DNA of 37,716 nucleotides from a virus (Duplodnaviria > Caudoviricetes): the IMG/VR virus record IMGVR_UViG_3300049140_000069, positions 1 to 37,716 of that record; one strand, 5' to 3'. This document shows positions 16,454 through 24,608 of the stretch, one piece after another (the stretch's first letter is position 1; each line of letters begins with the position of its first letter). A program made the position numbers and the translations under genes. The notes beneath the pieces were generated by a model. The model saw only the letters and a list, made by a program, of their open reading frames with translations, was not told where the DNA came from and did not search any database.

Positions 16454-17256
16454 GCGGAGTCTCCTTCCTGGCGGAGTTGGGCGGCTACGGCAGCCCAGCC
16501 GGCGACCTTGGCGTCGGTACCGGTGAGCTGCTGGCCGTTGGGGAGCTGGTAGACGTTCGGGGCGTTCTGGGCTTTGCGGAGTTCGGCAAGGGCGAACTGG
16601 AGGGTGCCGCCGGTGACGGGCTTGCTGAGCTCGCCGATGCGCTCGAGGGCTTGCCAGAGCTCTGCGGCAGCGACGCCGTTGCGGAGTGCCTCGTCGATGG
16701 CCCGACGGATGGTGCGCTTCCCCTGGGCGGTGGTGTGGCCGTACTGCTCCCACCACTTGGTGAAGATCTGCTCGCCGAGCGGCGGTTCGTCGCTGGGGGC
16801 TGGGGGGTGGTTCCCCTGGTGGTTCTCTGATGGTTCTAGTGGGGGTTCGGGTGAACTTTGGACGGGGTTTTCGGGCTCAAAGTTCGGGGTTTCTGCTCCA
16901 AAGTTCGGGGTTTCGGGCTCAAAGTTCGGGGTTTCTGTGGTCGATACCCCGTCAAATGTGCGGGGTTCCTGGTCAGTAACCCCGTCAGATGTGCGGGGTT
17001 TCGGGGTGATGCGGTACCGGTTGGAACGGTGCCGGCCGCCACCGTTCTCGACCTCCAGCTCGCCGATCTCGACGAGGGCTGCAATGGCCTTCTGGACGGC
17101 CCTCGGACTCAACTTCGTGCGCTCGGCAAGGTCATCAATGGATGGCCAGCAGAAGCCGTTGTCGTCGGCCCGGTCAGCCAGCGCGAGCATGACGAGCCGG
17201 GCCCCATTGCGGGACTCGGATCGGGCCCACACCCAGTTGGTGACCTTGATGCTCAC
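16450..17256 (-). CDS. Phage replication initiator (HTH_36-type wHTH)
   Basis: ARLVMLALADRADDNGFCWPSIDDLAERTKLSPRAVQKAI..L...G.L; internal iterons. Confidence 0.85.
   Translation of the reverse strand: MSIKVTNWVWARSESRNGARLVMLALADRADDNGFCWPSIDDLAERTKLSPRAVQKAIAALVEIGELEVENGGGRHRSNRYRITPKPRTSDGVTDQEPRTFDGVSTTETPNFEPETPNFGAETPNFEPENPVQSSPEPPLEPSENHQGNHPPAPSDEPPLGEQIFTKWWEQYGHTTAQGKRTIRRAIDEALRNGVAAAELWQALERIGELSKPVTGGTLQFALAELRKAQNAPNVYQLPNGQQLTGTDAKVAGWAAVAAQLRQEGDSA
16878..17000. repeat. Iteron-like repeats, putative replication origin
   Basis: CAAAGTTCGGGGTTTC x3 (16878, 16899, 16920; 21-bp period) and ACCCCGTCARATGTGCGGGGTT x2 (16946, 16979; 33-bp period). Confidence 0.85.
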
Positions 17257-17292
17257 TGAGATCTCTTCTCGGTACGCAGGGGCAGACGGAGA

Positions 17293-18570
17293 TCAGGCGG
17301 CCGGCGCGACGGGGCGCGCGGCGGCTTCGAACACGGAAAGGTGTCGGGGCAAGCAGGTGGTGATGTCGGTGTCCTGGTAGGCGCCAGCCGATGCTGCGGC
17401 GATGTAGGCGTCCATCAGCCAGATGTCGCCGTCCCTACCGACCCGCTTGGCCGTGGCGACGAACGCCTCGTGTTCCTCTTGGGTCGGCCAGCGGTCTGCC
17501 GTCGCGTAGAAAGCTCCGGCCCAGACTTCCTGGATCTTGTTGAAGTCGGCGGGTCCGCCAGTGAGTGCGAGCTCGTCCTGGGACAGCCCGAAGTGCAGAC
17601 GCGTGGAGTGGCGCGAGCCAGCAAAGGCAGCGGCCTTCTCAAGGCGGCCGACGTACACGCCCGCCGCCAAAAGCTCCTTCGCCTGTTTCTTCACCTGCTC
17701 GTACTGACTGTTCTCGGGATAGTCCCCGGTCAGCGTGAGCCACATGAAGCTCCACCGCTGCAGCACACTGTCGAGGTCGAGAGCCACAATTGCGTCGTCG
17801 ATCGTGGCCAGGCCGAACCACGCAGCACGCTCGGCCGCCTCGACGATCTTGTGTGCGTCGACGTCGCGCTCGCGTGCCGCCCGAGCACTCTCCAGAATGC
17901 TCTGCCTCGTCTCCTCATCGGCGTCGTCGCCGATCTCCGAGACCCACACGTCGACCGCTGCCCCCACTACGGGGTCCGTCGGGGCGGACTTCGGTGCCGC
18001 ACCTCCGGCGATGACCGCGGCCTGCTCGTGAAGTTCCTTGACCATGCGCCAGGCGATGCCGCAGGCGTAGCGGAAGGTGTTGTCGACCCTGACCGTGGGG
18101 TTGGTCATGGCCTTCTCGATGATGTCGGGCCAGACCTCTTGGGGTAGGCCGGCCGCGTAGAAGGCGTCGAGGCTGCCTTTCCAATTGTCGGGCAGTTCAA
18201 CGCGCACGGTTTTCCAACCGTCTTCTCGGGTCCATCCACGCCAGGACTTCTCGAAGGCCTCGCGGTACGCGACCTTCGGTGCCTGCTTGTTCTTCAGGTC
18301 GGCGGCGGCCTGCTTCATGGCGTTGGCCCAACGGAGGGCGTCGTCGCTGACCTCGGCGACGACAGCCGCGTCGACGGTGCTGCTGCTCTTGCCGCTGTTG
18401 CACGGCTCGCAGGACGTCACCAGGTTGTCCGGCGTGTCGGTGCCGCCGAGCGCGACGGGGGTGACGTGATCGACGCGCAGCGGGACGTCCGGGGCGGACG
18501 CGCCGCAATACCGGCAGGTGTGCGAGTCCCGCCTGAGGATCTCGTATCGGAGTCTCTTGGAGACGGCCAT
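17293..18570 (-). CDS. HNH endonuclease with long helical C-terminal extension (425 aa)
   Basis: RDSHTCRYCG...VDHVTPVALGG...NLVTSCEPCNSGK; AAAGGA RBS. Confidence 0.88.
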   Translation of the reverse strand: MAVSKRLRYEILRRDSHTCRYCGASAPDVPLRVDHVTPVALGGTDTPDNLVTSCEPCNSGKSSSTVDAAVVAEVSDDALRWANAMKQAAADLKNKQAPKVAYREAFEKSWRGWTREDGWKTVRVELPDNWKGSLDAFYAAGLPQEVWPDIIEKAMTNPTVRVDNTFRYACGIAWRMVKELHEQAAVIAGGAAPKSAPTDPVVGAAVDVWVSEIGDDADEETRQSILESARAARERDVDAHKIVEAAERAAWFGLATIDDAIVALDLDSVLQRWSFMWLTLTGDYPENSQYEQVKKQAKELLAAGVYVGRLEKAAAFAGSRHSTRLHFGLSQDELALTGGPADFNKIQEVWAGAFYATADRWPTQEEHEAFVATAKRVGRDGDIWLMDAYIAAASAGAYQDTDITTCLPRHLSVFEAAARPVAPAA

Positions 18571-18649
18571 TGAGTGGTGTCCTTTGATCGTTTTGCGCTG
18601 GACGCTCTGAGGGCGCAAAGGGGTAGACGGGGGGCTCGACTTGACGCCT

Positions 18650-18732
18650 CCGTGTACGTACACGACCTTACCGGTCGTGTACGTACACGGCAACGCCTCA
18701 TCTGGCGCTCGTGTACGCACACGCGCTACGCT
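18650..18732. promoter_or_regulatory. Divergent promoters with three CGTGTACGYACACG operators
   Basis: Palindromes at 18651, 18676, 18710; leftward TTGCCG-17-TAAGGT (18665-18693); rightward -10 TACGCT (18727-18732). Confidence 0.85.
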
Positions 18733-18738
18733 CGGGGC

Positions 18739-18951
18739 ATGGCTCAGAAGGAGACCCACACGCGCGCCCGCCCGATTCGCATCCCGCCGGAGGACTGGGC
18801 GGACTTCGGCGTGCTCGTGGGCGACCGGGAGCGCTCGCAGCTGATCCGCGAGTTCGTCGCCTGGTACCTGCGCCGACCGAAGGCCACGCTGCCGAAGCGG
18901 CCGACGGAGGAGGACATCCGCGCCCTCCTCACCAAGTCGGCCGGGTCCTGA
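18739..18951 (+). CDS. Ribbon-helix-helix-like repressor, leaderless
   Basis: RPIRIPPEDWADF...RSQLIREFVAWYL; -10 box 6 nt before ATG. Confidence 0.75.
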   Translation: MAQKETHTRARPIRIPPEDWADFGVLVGDRERSQLIREFVAWYLRRPKATLPKRPTEEDIRALLTKSAGS

Positions 18952-18956
18952 GAGCG

Positions 18957-20252
18957 TCACGCTGCACGCTCCGGGTGCAGCCGCGGGCAACCGGGATAGT
19001 GCTTCTGGACGCCGGACAGCGTGCGGTGCGTAGCTGGACGCCCGCACCCGGTGCAGCGTGATGCTCCAGCTGGCGACGGCTTCGGACGCTCCAGCTCTCT
19101 AGGGCTGACACTTGGTGTCGTAGCAGGTCCGACGATGGTCCGGGAAAGGCTGGCGAGACCGCGTCGTTTCAGAGGGGCACTGGCCAGCCGCGCCGGGGCG
19201 AACGTCGTCTCGCCGTAGGTGCACGATTCGGTTATCTCCTCCCCCGAGAAGACGACCTCCTCCTCGGGGTCCGGCGCCTCAAGGTCGGGAGTAGCCGTGG
19301 CGTCCTCGTAGTCGGCCCATTTGGCTTTGTCTTGCGCAGGCACCCAGAGGTAGGCACCGGCGCGCCTGTCGCTGCGTGACGGGATGAACAGGGATTCGAT
19401 CTCTCCCGTCGCCGCACCGACGACTGTTCGGCCGACCGTTACTCCGAGCTTGTCGCCGCTGTATCCGGTCGCTTCGCCGTCGAGGCGTCGAGGGGTGTCC
19501 CACTCGAGGTGTGTGTTCCCGCAGCCTGTCTTCACCCGGCCGTCCGGGCACGGGCGCTCCGCTGAGGCGGTGCAGCGCCATTCGACCAACACCCGGAAGC
19601 CACCCATGAGGGGGAGATCTGCTGCTGCGGCGATCCGGTGCCACGGCAATGGACGCATGAGCATCCAGTTGGCGCGGTCGATCAGGTGGAAGGTGTCGTT
19701 GTCGGTGATCCAGTTTGCAATGAGGCCGGCTTCGGCGTGGTTGCGAGAACGAGTGCGCACGTTGTCGGCAGAAGCGTTGTAGAACTGCGCCTCGCAGCCC
19801 AGGTTCTCCCCTCCCTTCTCGTAGACCGTGAAGTCGGGGCGCCTAGTGCGCGTGCTGGTGACCTTCTCCACGTCGTAGGAGAGTCCTGCGTCCTCGCAGA
19901 TACGGACGAGGAACTCCTTGGTCGCCTTGTGCTTGTCGGACTCCTCACGCGTCACGGCATGGGGGGTCGGAAGATGAGCAGCGCACCAGCGCAGAGAGCC
20001 GTCCGGACGGCGCTGCTTCCGCACCGTCATGTGCGGACTCTTCACGCCGCTCTGTTCTGCTTTGCACTGCTGCCCGTGTGCGCGGGCCACGCACAGCAGC
20101 AGCTCACGGTCTCGGTCGCGGACCGGCTGCGTGATCTGCTCCCAGATCTCGACTATCTGATCCTCGGTATACCTCGAACGATCAAGTCCGAGGTCCTCGC
20201 GATTGAGATTCAGGTCTTCGCCGATGCGGCTGTGGCGAACTCCGTCTGCCAT
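18957..20252 (-). CDS. CoiA-like PD-(D/E)XK nuclease domain protein
   Basis: ESDKHKATK...VE...RRPDF...CEAQ; GAGGAGGGG RBS. Confidence 0.7.
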   Translation of the reverse strand: MADGVRHSRIGEDLNLNREDLGLDRSRYTEDQIVEIWEQITQPVRDRDRELLLCVARAHGQQCKAEQSGVKSPHMTVRKQRRPDGSLRWCAAHLPTPHAVTREESDKHKATKEFLVRICEDAGLSYDVEKVTSTRTRRPDFTVYEKGGENLGCEAQFYNASADNVRTRSRNHAEAGLIANWITDNDTFHLIDRANWMLMRPLPWHRIAAAADLPLMGGFRVLVEWRCTASAERPCPDGRVKTGCGNTHLEWDTPRRLDGEATGYSGDKLGVTVGRTVVGAATGEIESLFIPSRSDRRAGAYLWVPAQDKAKWADYEDATATPDLEAPDPEEEVVFSGEEITESCTYGETTFAPARLASAPLKRRGLASLSRTIVGPATTPSVSPRELERPKPSPAGASRCTGCGRPATHRTLSGVQKHYPGCPRLHPERAA

Positions 20253-20276
20253 GTCCCCTCCTCTCGGTTCCTCCGG

Positions 20277-20300
20277 GGCCCCGCGGTTGCGGGGCCTTTT
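20277..20300. terminator. Terminator hairpin
   Basis: GGCCCCGC-ggtt-GCGGGGCC-TTTT. Confidence 0.7.
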
Positions 20301-20321
20301 GTCGTGCGGTGGTGTGTTCGG

Positions 20322-20597
20322 TCAGTGGTGGTGCTGGCTGGCGGTCGCGCGGCGGTTGTGGGTGCGTTGGTGGAGTCGTCGGCGTTCGGTTTCGGTGAGG
20401 CCGCCCCAGACGCCGTCGGTGATGCCGTGTTCGAGGGCCCAGGTCAGGCAGTGGTCGGTGACGGGGCAGCGTCGGCAGATGGCTTTGGCTGCGGCGATGA
20501 CGAGTTCTGAGCTGGGGCCGGTGTCGGATTTGGGGAAGAAGATGTCGGGGAGGTCTTCGCTGCGGCAGGCGGCTTGGTGCAGCCAGTCGGCGGTCAT
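20322..20597 (-). CDS. WhiB family transcription factor
   Basis: AAC...FFP...AKAICRRCPVTDHCL..AL...GVWGGLTETER. Confidence 0.95.
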   Translation of the reverse strand: MTADWLHQAACRSEDLPDIFFPKSDTGPSSELVIAAAKAICRRCPVTDHCLTWALEHGITDGVWGGLTETERRRLHQRTHNRRATASQHHH

Positions 20598-21433
20598 GCG
20601 GCGGCCTCCACGGCGTATTCGGGGTGGTCGCGGAAGGCGTGGTCGATGTACGACTTGGCGACGCCGAGGCGTTCGGCGGCGGAGGCGCGGTCGAGACCGA
20701 TGGTGGTCATGACCCAGTGCGCGTCCTGGGCGACGATCTCCCGGCGGGTGAGCCCGTACATGGGCTCGAAGTCGGGGTCGTCGATGGCGTCGCTGTACTG
20801 GTCCCAGTAAGAAGGTGGGGCCCATCGCTGGGCGGCTGCCCGCTTGCGGGCTTGGCGGGCGTACTGCCTGGGTACGCCGTTGCGTTCCGGCTTGAGGGTG
20901 CGGAGCTCGTCGTAGGTGGCGGCGATGAGCTGTTCGGTGGAGCCGAGGATGGTGTCTGCGGCAAGGATTTTCCGCATGCGTTCGCGCTTGTAGCCGAGTC
21001 GCCGGTCGATGTAGATGAGCGGCCATCCGGCGGCGACGAGTGCTTGGAGCCTGCGGTGGGTGCCGGTGGGGTTGACGCACAGGGGGGTGGCGTCGGCCTC
21101 GGTGACGGCAAGGATCTTTTCGAGGGTGGCGGGCGAGGTGCGGTAGCGGAAGCCGCGCCAGCCGTCTCCGGTGAGGTCACGGATGGACTGCAAGGGGATG
21201 CCCGCGGCCTTGGCGATCCGGCTGGGCAGTACGCCGGCCTCTTGGAGTCGGAGGATGTGCTGCCGGGCGGGGGTAGCGTCGACGAGGTTGTCCCACGTGC
21301 CGTCGGCTTGGCGAGTGCGCCGGTCGCGGTCCCAGTCGAGGTAACGCTGCACGCACTCGGGGCGCCGGCAGTCGTAGTCGGTGTAGCAGGTGAGGTTGCG
21401 GTGGTGGGGGGCTTCGCGGACGGCGGTGGTCAC
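20594..21433 (-). CDS. Phage protein with Cys motif and HTH-like repeats
   Basis: CYTDYDCRRPEC; GTHRRLQALVAAGW; AAERLGVAKSYI. Confidence 0.75.
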   Translation of the reverse strand: MTTAVREAPHHRNLTCYTDYDCRRPECVQRYLDWDRDRRTRQADGTWDNLVDATPARQHILRLQEAGVLPSRIAKAAGIPLQSIRDLTGDGWRGFRYRTSPATLEKILAVTEADATPLCVNPTGTHRRLQALVAAGWPLIYIDRRLGYKRERMRKILAADTILGSTEQLIAATYDELRTLKPERNGVPRQYARQARKRAAAQRWAPPSYWDQYSDAIDDPDFEPMYGLTRREIVAQDAHWVMTTIGLDRASAAERLGVAKSYIDHAFRDHPEYAVEAAA

Positions 21434-21612
21434 GGCTTCTCCTTCCGGGCGTGCAGGTGGTGGGTGATGGTGCGGCTGGTCCAGGTGGCGAGGACGGCGG
21501 TCCAGTAGCCGAGGGCGACGATGAGGTAGGCGGCGCCTGCGGTGAGGAGCCCGACGGAGATGACGGCGCCCCAGATGACGGCTTCGACGGTTTCGATGGC
21601 TTCGTGGATCAC
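21430..21612 (-). CDS. Small membrane protein
   Basis: Hydrophobic; GTGA coupling. Confidence 0.65.
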   Translation of the reverse strand: MIHEAIETVEAVIWGAVISVGLLTAGAAYLIVALGYWTAVLATWTSRTITHHLHARKEKP

Positions 21613-21716
21613 GGACGCCTCCTGGTGGCGAGCCAGCCGAGGCCGATACCGAGCGCGCTGCCGGCGAGGACGATGAGCGGCACCCAGGCGAGGTTCAGGT
21701 GGTTGAAGCGGTCCAT
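21609..21716 (-). CDS. 35-aa single-TM peptide
   Basis: TGATG coupling; fills the gap. Confidence 0.55.
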   Translation of the reverse strand: MDRFNHLNLAWVPLIVLAGSALGIGLGWLATRRRP

Positions 21717-22087
21717 CAGGCGGCCCGCCTTTCGGCTGCGCGGGCGGCGCGCTGGGCGGCTATCTGGCGGCCCTTGGCGGTGAGCTGCCAGACGGCGATG
21801 CGGTGGGCGTGGGTGTTGGCCTGGGTGGACGGCACCATGCGCCCGGTGTGGGCGATGACTCCGGCGGTGCGCAGCGAGGTGATGGCGGCGCCGAGGAAGC
21901 CCTGGCCGAGCTCGGGCAGGACGTCGCGGAGGTCGTTGCAGGAGAACTCGTCGTGGTGCTGGCCGAAGTGGAAGACGGCCTGCTCGACGAGGTGCTGGTC
22001 CCAGGCGGACTGGTCGGCGATCTCCTCGAGGAGGAAGTCCTTCTCGGCGGAGGCGAGGCGTTCGGCGGGGCTGAGCTTGCGGGCCAT
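21716..22087 (-). CDS. Hypothetical protein (possible winged helix)
   Basis: FSCNDLRDVLP...GAAITSLRTAGVI; AAGGAG RBS. Confidence 0.7.
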   Translation of the reverse strand: MARKLSPAERLASAEKDFLLEEIADQSAWDQHLVEQAVFHFGQHHDEFSCNDLRDVLPELGQGFLGAAITSLRTAGVIAHTGRMVPSTQANTHAHRIAVWQLTAKGRQIAAQRAARAAERRAA

Positions 22088-22168
22088 GGTCGACTCCTTG
22101 CGGCTGTGGTGTGCTTGGTCCGGGGCCTGCCGCAGGTTCGGGCCGCGGCAGGCCCCGATCGGGTCGGG

Positions 22169-22573
22169 TTAGATGGCGGTGGCGGTGTCGGCCAGCTGCT
22201 CCTGGACGGCGCCGAGGACGTCGTCGCTGGGGGTCCAGAAGCCGAGCGCTCCCTTGGGCACCGGCACCGGCTCCGGGAGCGCGATCACGTCGGCGAGGAT
22301 CCAGTGGTAGGTGCGCTCGAAGCCCCACGGGCCGCAGCAGGTGCCCGCCACGGAGAAGTGGCAGCCGGTGATCGTGACGACGGCGACGACCGCGCGGTAC
22401 ACGTCGAGGTGCTCGCCGTACACCTGCGCGTCCCGGTCAGGCTGCGCTCCGGCGTGGATGAGGATCCGGGCACCCTCATACTTCGCGGGGAGGCGCCAGC
22501 TCCTGTTTTCCACACGCTTCGTCTGGTGGGCAATGGCGCCGGCCCACGGCTGCCGAACCGTAAGTGCCTTCAT
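22169..22573 (-). CDS. ASCH/PUA-like domain protein
   Basis: MKALTVRQPWA..I....KRVENRSW...ILIHAG...GALGFW. Confidence 0.85.
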   Translation of the reverse strand: MKALTVRQPWAGAIAHQTKRVENRSWRLPAKYEGARILIHAGAQPDRDAQVYGEHLDVYRAVVAVVTITGCHFSVAGTCCGPWGFERTYHWILADVIALPEPVPVPKGALGFWTPSDDVLGAVQEQLADTATAI

Positions 22574-23562
22574 CGGGTGGTCTCCTCGGACGTGCCGCGC
22601 TGCTCGAGCTCGGCGTCGGTCATCAGGTCGTGAGGGATACGGCCGGTGCGGAGAACCTCACGCAGGTCCGCGACGGCCTTGCCGTAGGTGGCGGCGCGCT
22701 CGTGCTGCCGGAGCTGCACCGGCGTCGGCTCGTCAACGAGCAGTTCGTCACCGAAGTCCGGGCCGGACTTCGCCATCTGCTCCCAGCGCTCGGCGAGGTC
22801 GGCGAGCGCGGCGCGAATCTTCCGCTCTCCCGTCAGCGGAACCAGCGGCCACTCGCTGTCCACAACCGCGTGCGGGTTCATCTTTCGCAGGTGCTCTTGC
22901 ATGCCGACCGCCTGCATGTGCGCCCAGCGGATCTGCCACACGTGCAGCTGCTGCGGGTGGACCTGGAGCTCTGGGTACTTCTCGGCAATGGCAACCGCGA
23001 CCTGGACGGCGGCGAACGCGTCGGCGTCCGCGGTGTGCGCGTCGGCCAGCGTCACCCCGTAGTGGGCGGCGAGCGCCTCGAGCTTGCGGGAGCCTTTGCG
23101 GTACTTGTCGGCCTGCTTGTCGAGGATGTACGGGTCGATGACCGGGCCGGGCGTGACCTCGCTTCCGAGTCGCTGCTGCAGCGTGGGCAGGCTGTAGCGG
23201 CGGAGCTCGCGGTCGAGGACGGTGAAGTCGTAGCGGCCGTTCATCGCGACGACCGGGATGCCCGTGGACAGTGCCGCGGCGAGGCTGTCAGCGATCTCGT
23301 CGGCGACCTGGGCGGCGGGCCGGCCGTTGGTTCGGGCGTCCTCGGTGGTGATGCCGTGGACGACGGTCGCTTCGGCGGGGATGAGGATGCCGGGGTTGGC
23401 GAGCCACAGCCGGGCCCGGTCCGGCAGCGTGTCGATCGTGTCGCCCGGCTTGTAGTCGACGGTGGCGGCGGTGACGATGCGGGCGGTCTCGACGTTGACG
23501 CCGGTGGTCTCGAGGTCGAAGCCGAGTAGGGGTTCGGTGTGCCAGGTAGCGGTGTTCGTCAT
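22570..23562 (-). CDS. DEDDh 3'-5' exonuclease (DnaQ-like) with C-terminal extension
   Basis: GFDLETTG, VHGIT, NGRYD, AHTADAD. Confidence 0.9.
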   Translation of the reverse strand: MTNTATWHTEPLLGFDLETTGVNVETARIVTAATVDYKPGDTIDTLPDRARLWLANPGILIPAEATVVHGITTEDARTNGRPAAQVADEIADSLAAALSTGIPVVAMNGRYDFTVLDRELRRYSLPTLQQRLGSEVTPGPVIDPYILDKQADKYRKGSRKLEALAAHYGVTLADAHTADADAFAAVQVAVAIAEKYPELQVHPQQLHVWQIRWAHMQAVGMQEHLRKMNPHAVVDSEWPLVPLTGERKIRAALADLAERWEQMAKSGPDFGDELLVDEPTPVQLRQHERAATYGKAVADLREVLRTGRIPHDLMTDAELEQRGTSEETTR

Positions 23563-23637
23563 GTCGGTGGTCTCCTTGGAGGCGGGGCCCCGCCCGATAC
23601 CCGCGGGCGGGGAACCCCTTGAATGCGTGCGGGTGGG

Positions 23638-24606
23638 TCAGCCGACGACTTCGGCTTCGTAGGCGCCGTCCTCGTCCGGCTCCTGCCGTGAGGTAAGGCC
23701 GTGTGCCTGCTTGTGCTCGGCGTCCTTCTCAGCGGCGATCGCCGTCAACTGCTTCGACAGCTCGTCGGTACCTTTCGGGTGGACGGCGCCCGCTTGACGG
23801 GCTTCCATCCACAGGTCGCGGACGTCGTCCGAGGTGAGCGCACCCTGGGCTTCAGCGAGCCAGTCGCGGCCCTTCGGCGCCTCGATCGCGGCCACGGCCT
23901 GGGCGCTGGTTGCCGGGTCCAGTGCGGTCGCCGCCGTCATCGGTCCGGCCAGCGCCTGCCGGGGAGTCACCCCGCGCAGCTCGACCACGACGACCGGGAA
24001 CTTCTTCGTTTCCCCGTTCGCGACCCGCTGCCGCGGTTCGATTCGCAGCGTCACCGGGACGAAGCCGTCGCCACGGGTTCCGGCGAGGACCATGTCGACC
24101 ATGCCGCCCCACTCCTGCGCGGCGTAGAAGGAGTGGGTCTCAGCCCGCCACATGCCCATCCCGGACAGATCCGGGAGCATGACGTTCAGGCGGGACGTGG
24201 TCGAGCAGACGCGACCCTTCGGCTGCAGGTGCCAGTCCTCACCGAACTGCCGCGCGCACAAGCACGGCTGGCGGGTGAGGAGTTCGGTCTCGCCGTCGCA
24301 GCGGCGCTGGCATCCGCCCTTGGACCACATCTCGTTGTACTGGTTCAGTGGGTCGCCGGGCGTGATGAGCGCCTCGACGGAGGACGCTTCGGTGATCACC
24401 CGCCACTGTTCGATCGTCGAGTTCAGCGGCTTCCACGTCTCGGGGGTGCCGCCCCACAGCTTCGCTGCGGTGCGGACGTGCTCCTCACTGTGGGAGGTGA
24501 TCACCCAGGTGGCGGACCGCATGGGCCGGTTGCCCTGGGTGTAGCCGGTGCGGAGCCGGCCGTGTTCGGCGGCGCGGCGCTGGATGTTACGGAGTCGGGA
24601 GCCCAT
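23638..24606 (-). CDS. Gp3-like (RDF-like family) recombination protein
   Basis: GRLRTG...CQRRCDG...PCLC...C...SRLNVMLP...G.WR.ETHSFYAAQE. Confidence 0.7.
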   Translation of the reverse strand: MGSRLRNIQRRAAEHGRLRTGYTQGNRPMRSATWVITSHSEEHVRTAAKLWGGTPETWKPLNSTIEQWRVITEASSVEALITPGDPLNQYNEMWSKGGCQRRCDGETELLTRQPCLCARQFGEDWHLQPKGRVCSTTSRLNVMLPDLSGMGMWRAETHSFYAAQEWGGMVDMVLAGTRGDGFVPVTLRIEPRQRVANGETKKFPVVVVELRGVTPRQALAGPMTAATALDPATSAQAVAAIEAPKGRDWLAEAQGALTSDDVRDLWMEARQAGAVHPKGTDELSKQLTAIAAEKDAEHKQAHGLTSRQEPDEDGAYEAEVVG

Positions 24607-24608
24607 GC

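Noticed and set aside
16878-17000. Periodic repeats as a CRISPR array
   Set aside because: Spacers only 5-11 bp, in frame within a gene, no cas genes; iterons fit better
14000-18570. Methyltransferase plus HNH as a restriction-modification system
   Set aside because: Not adjacent; separated by replication genes; both types are common as orphans in actinophages
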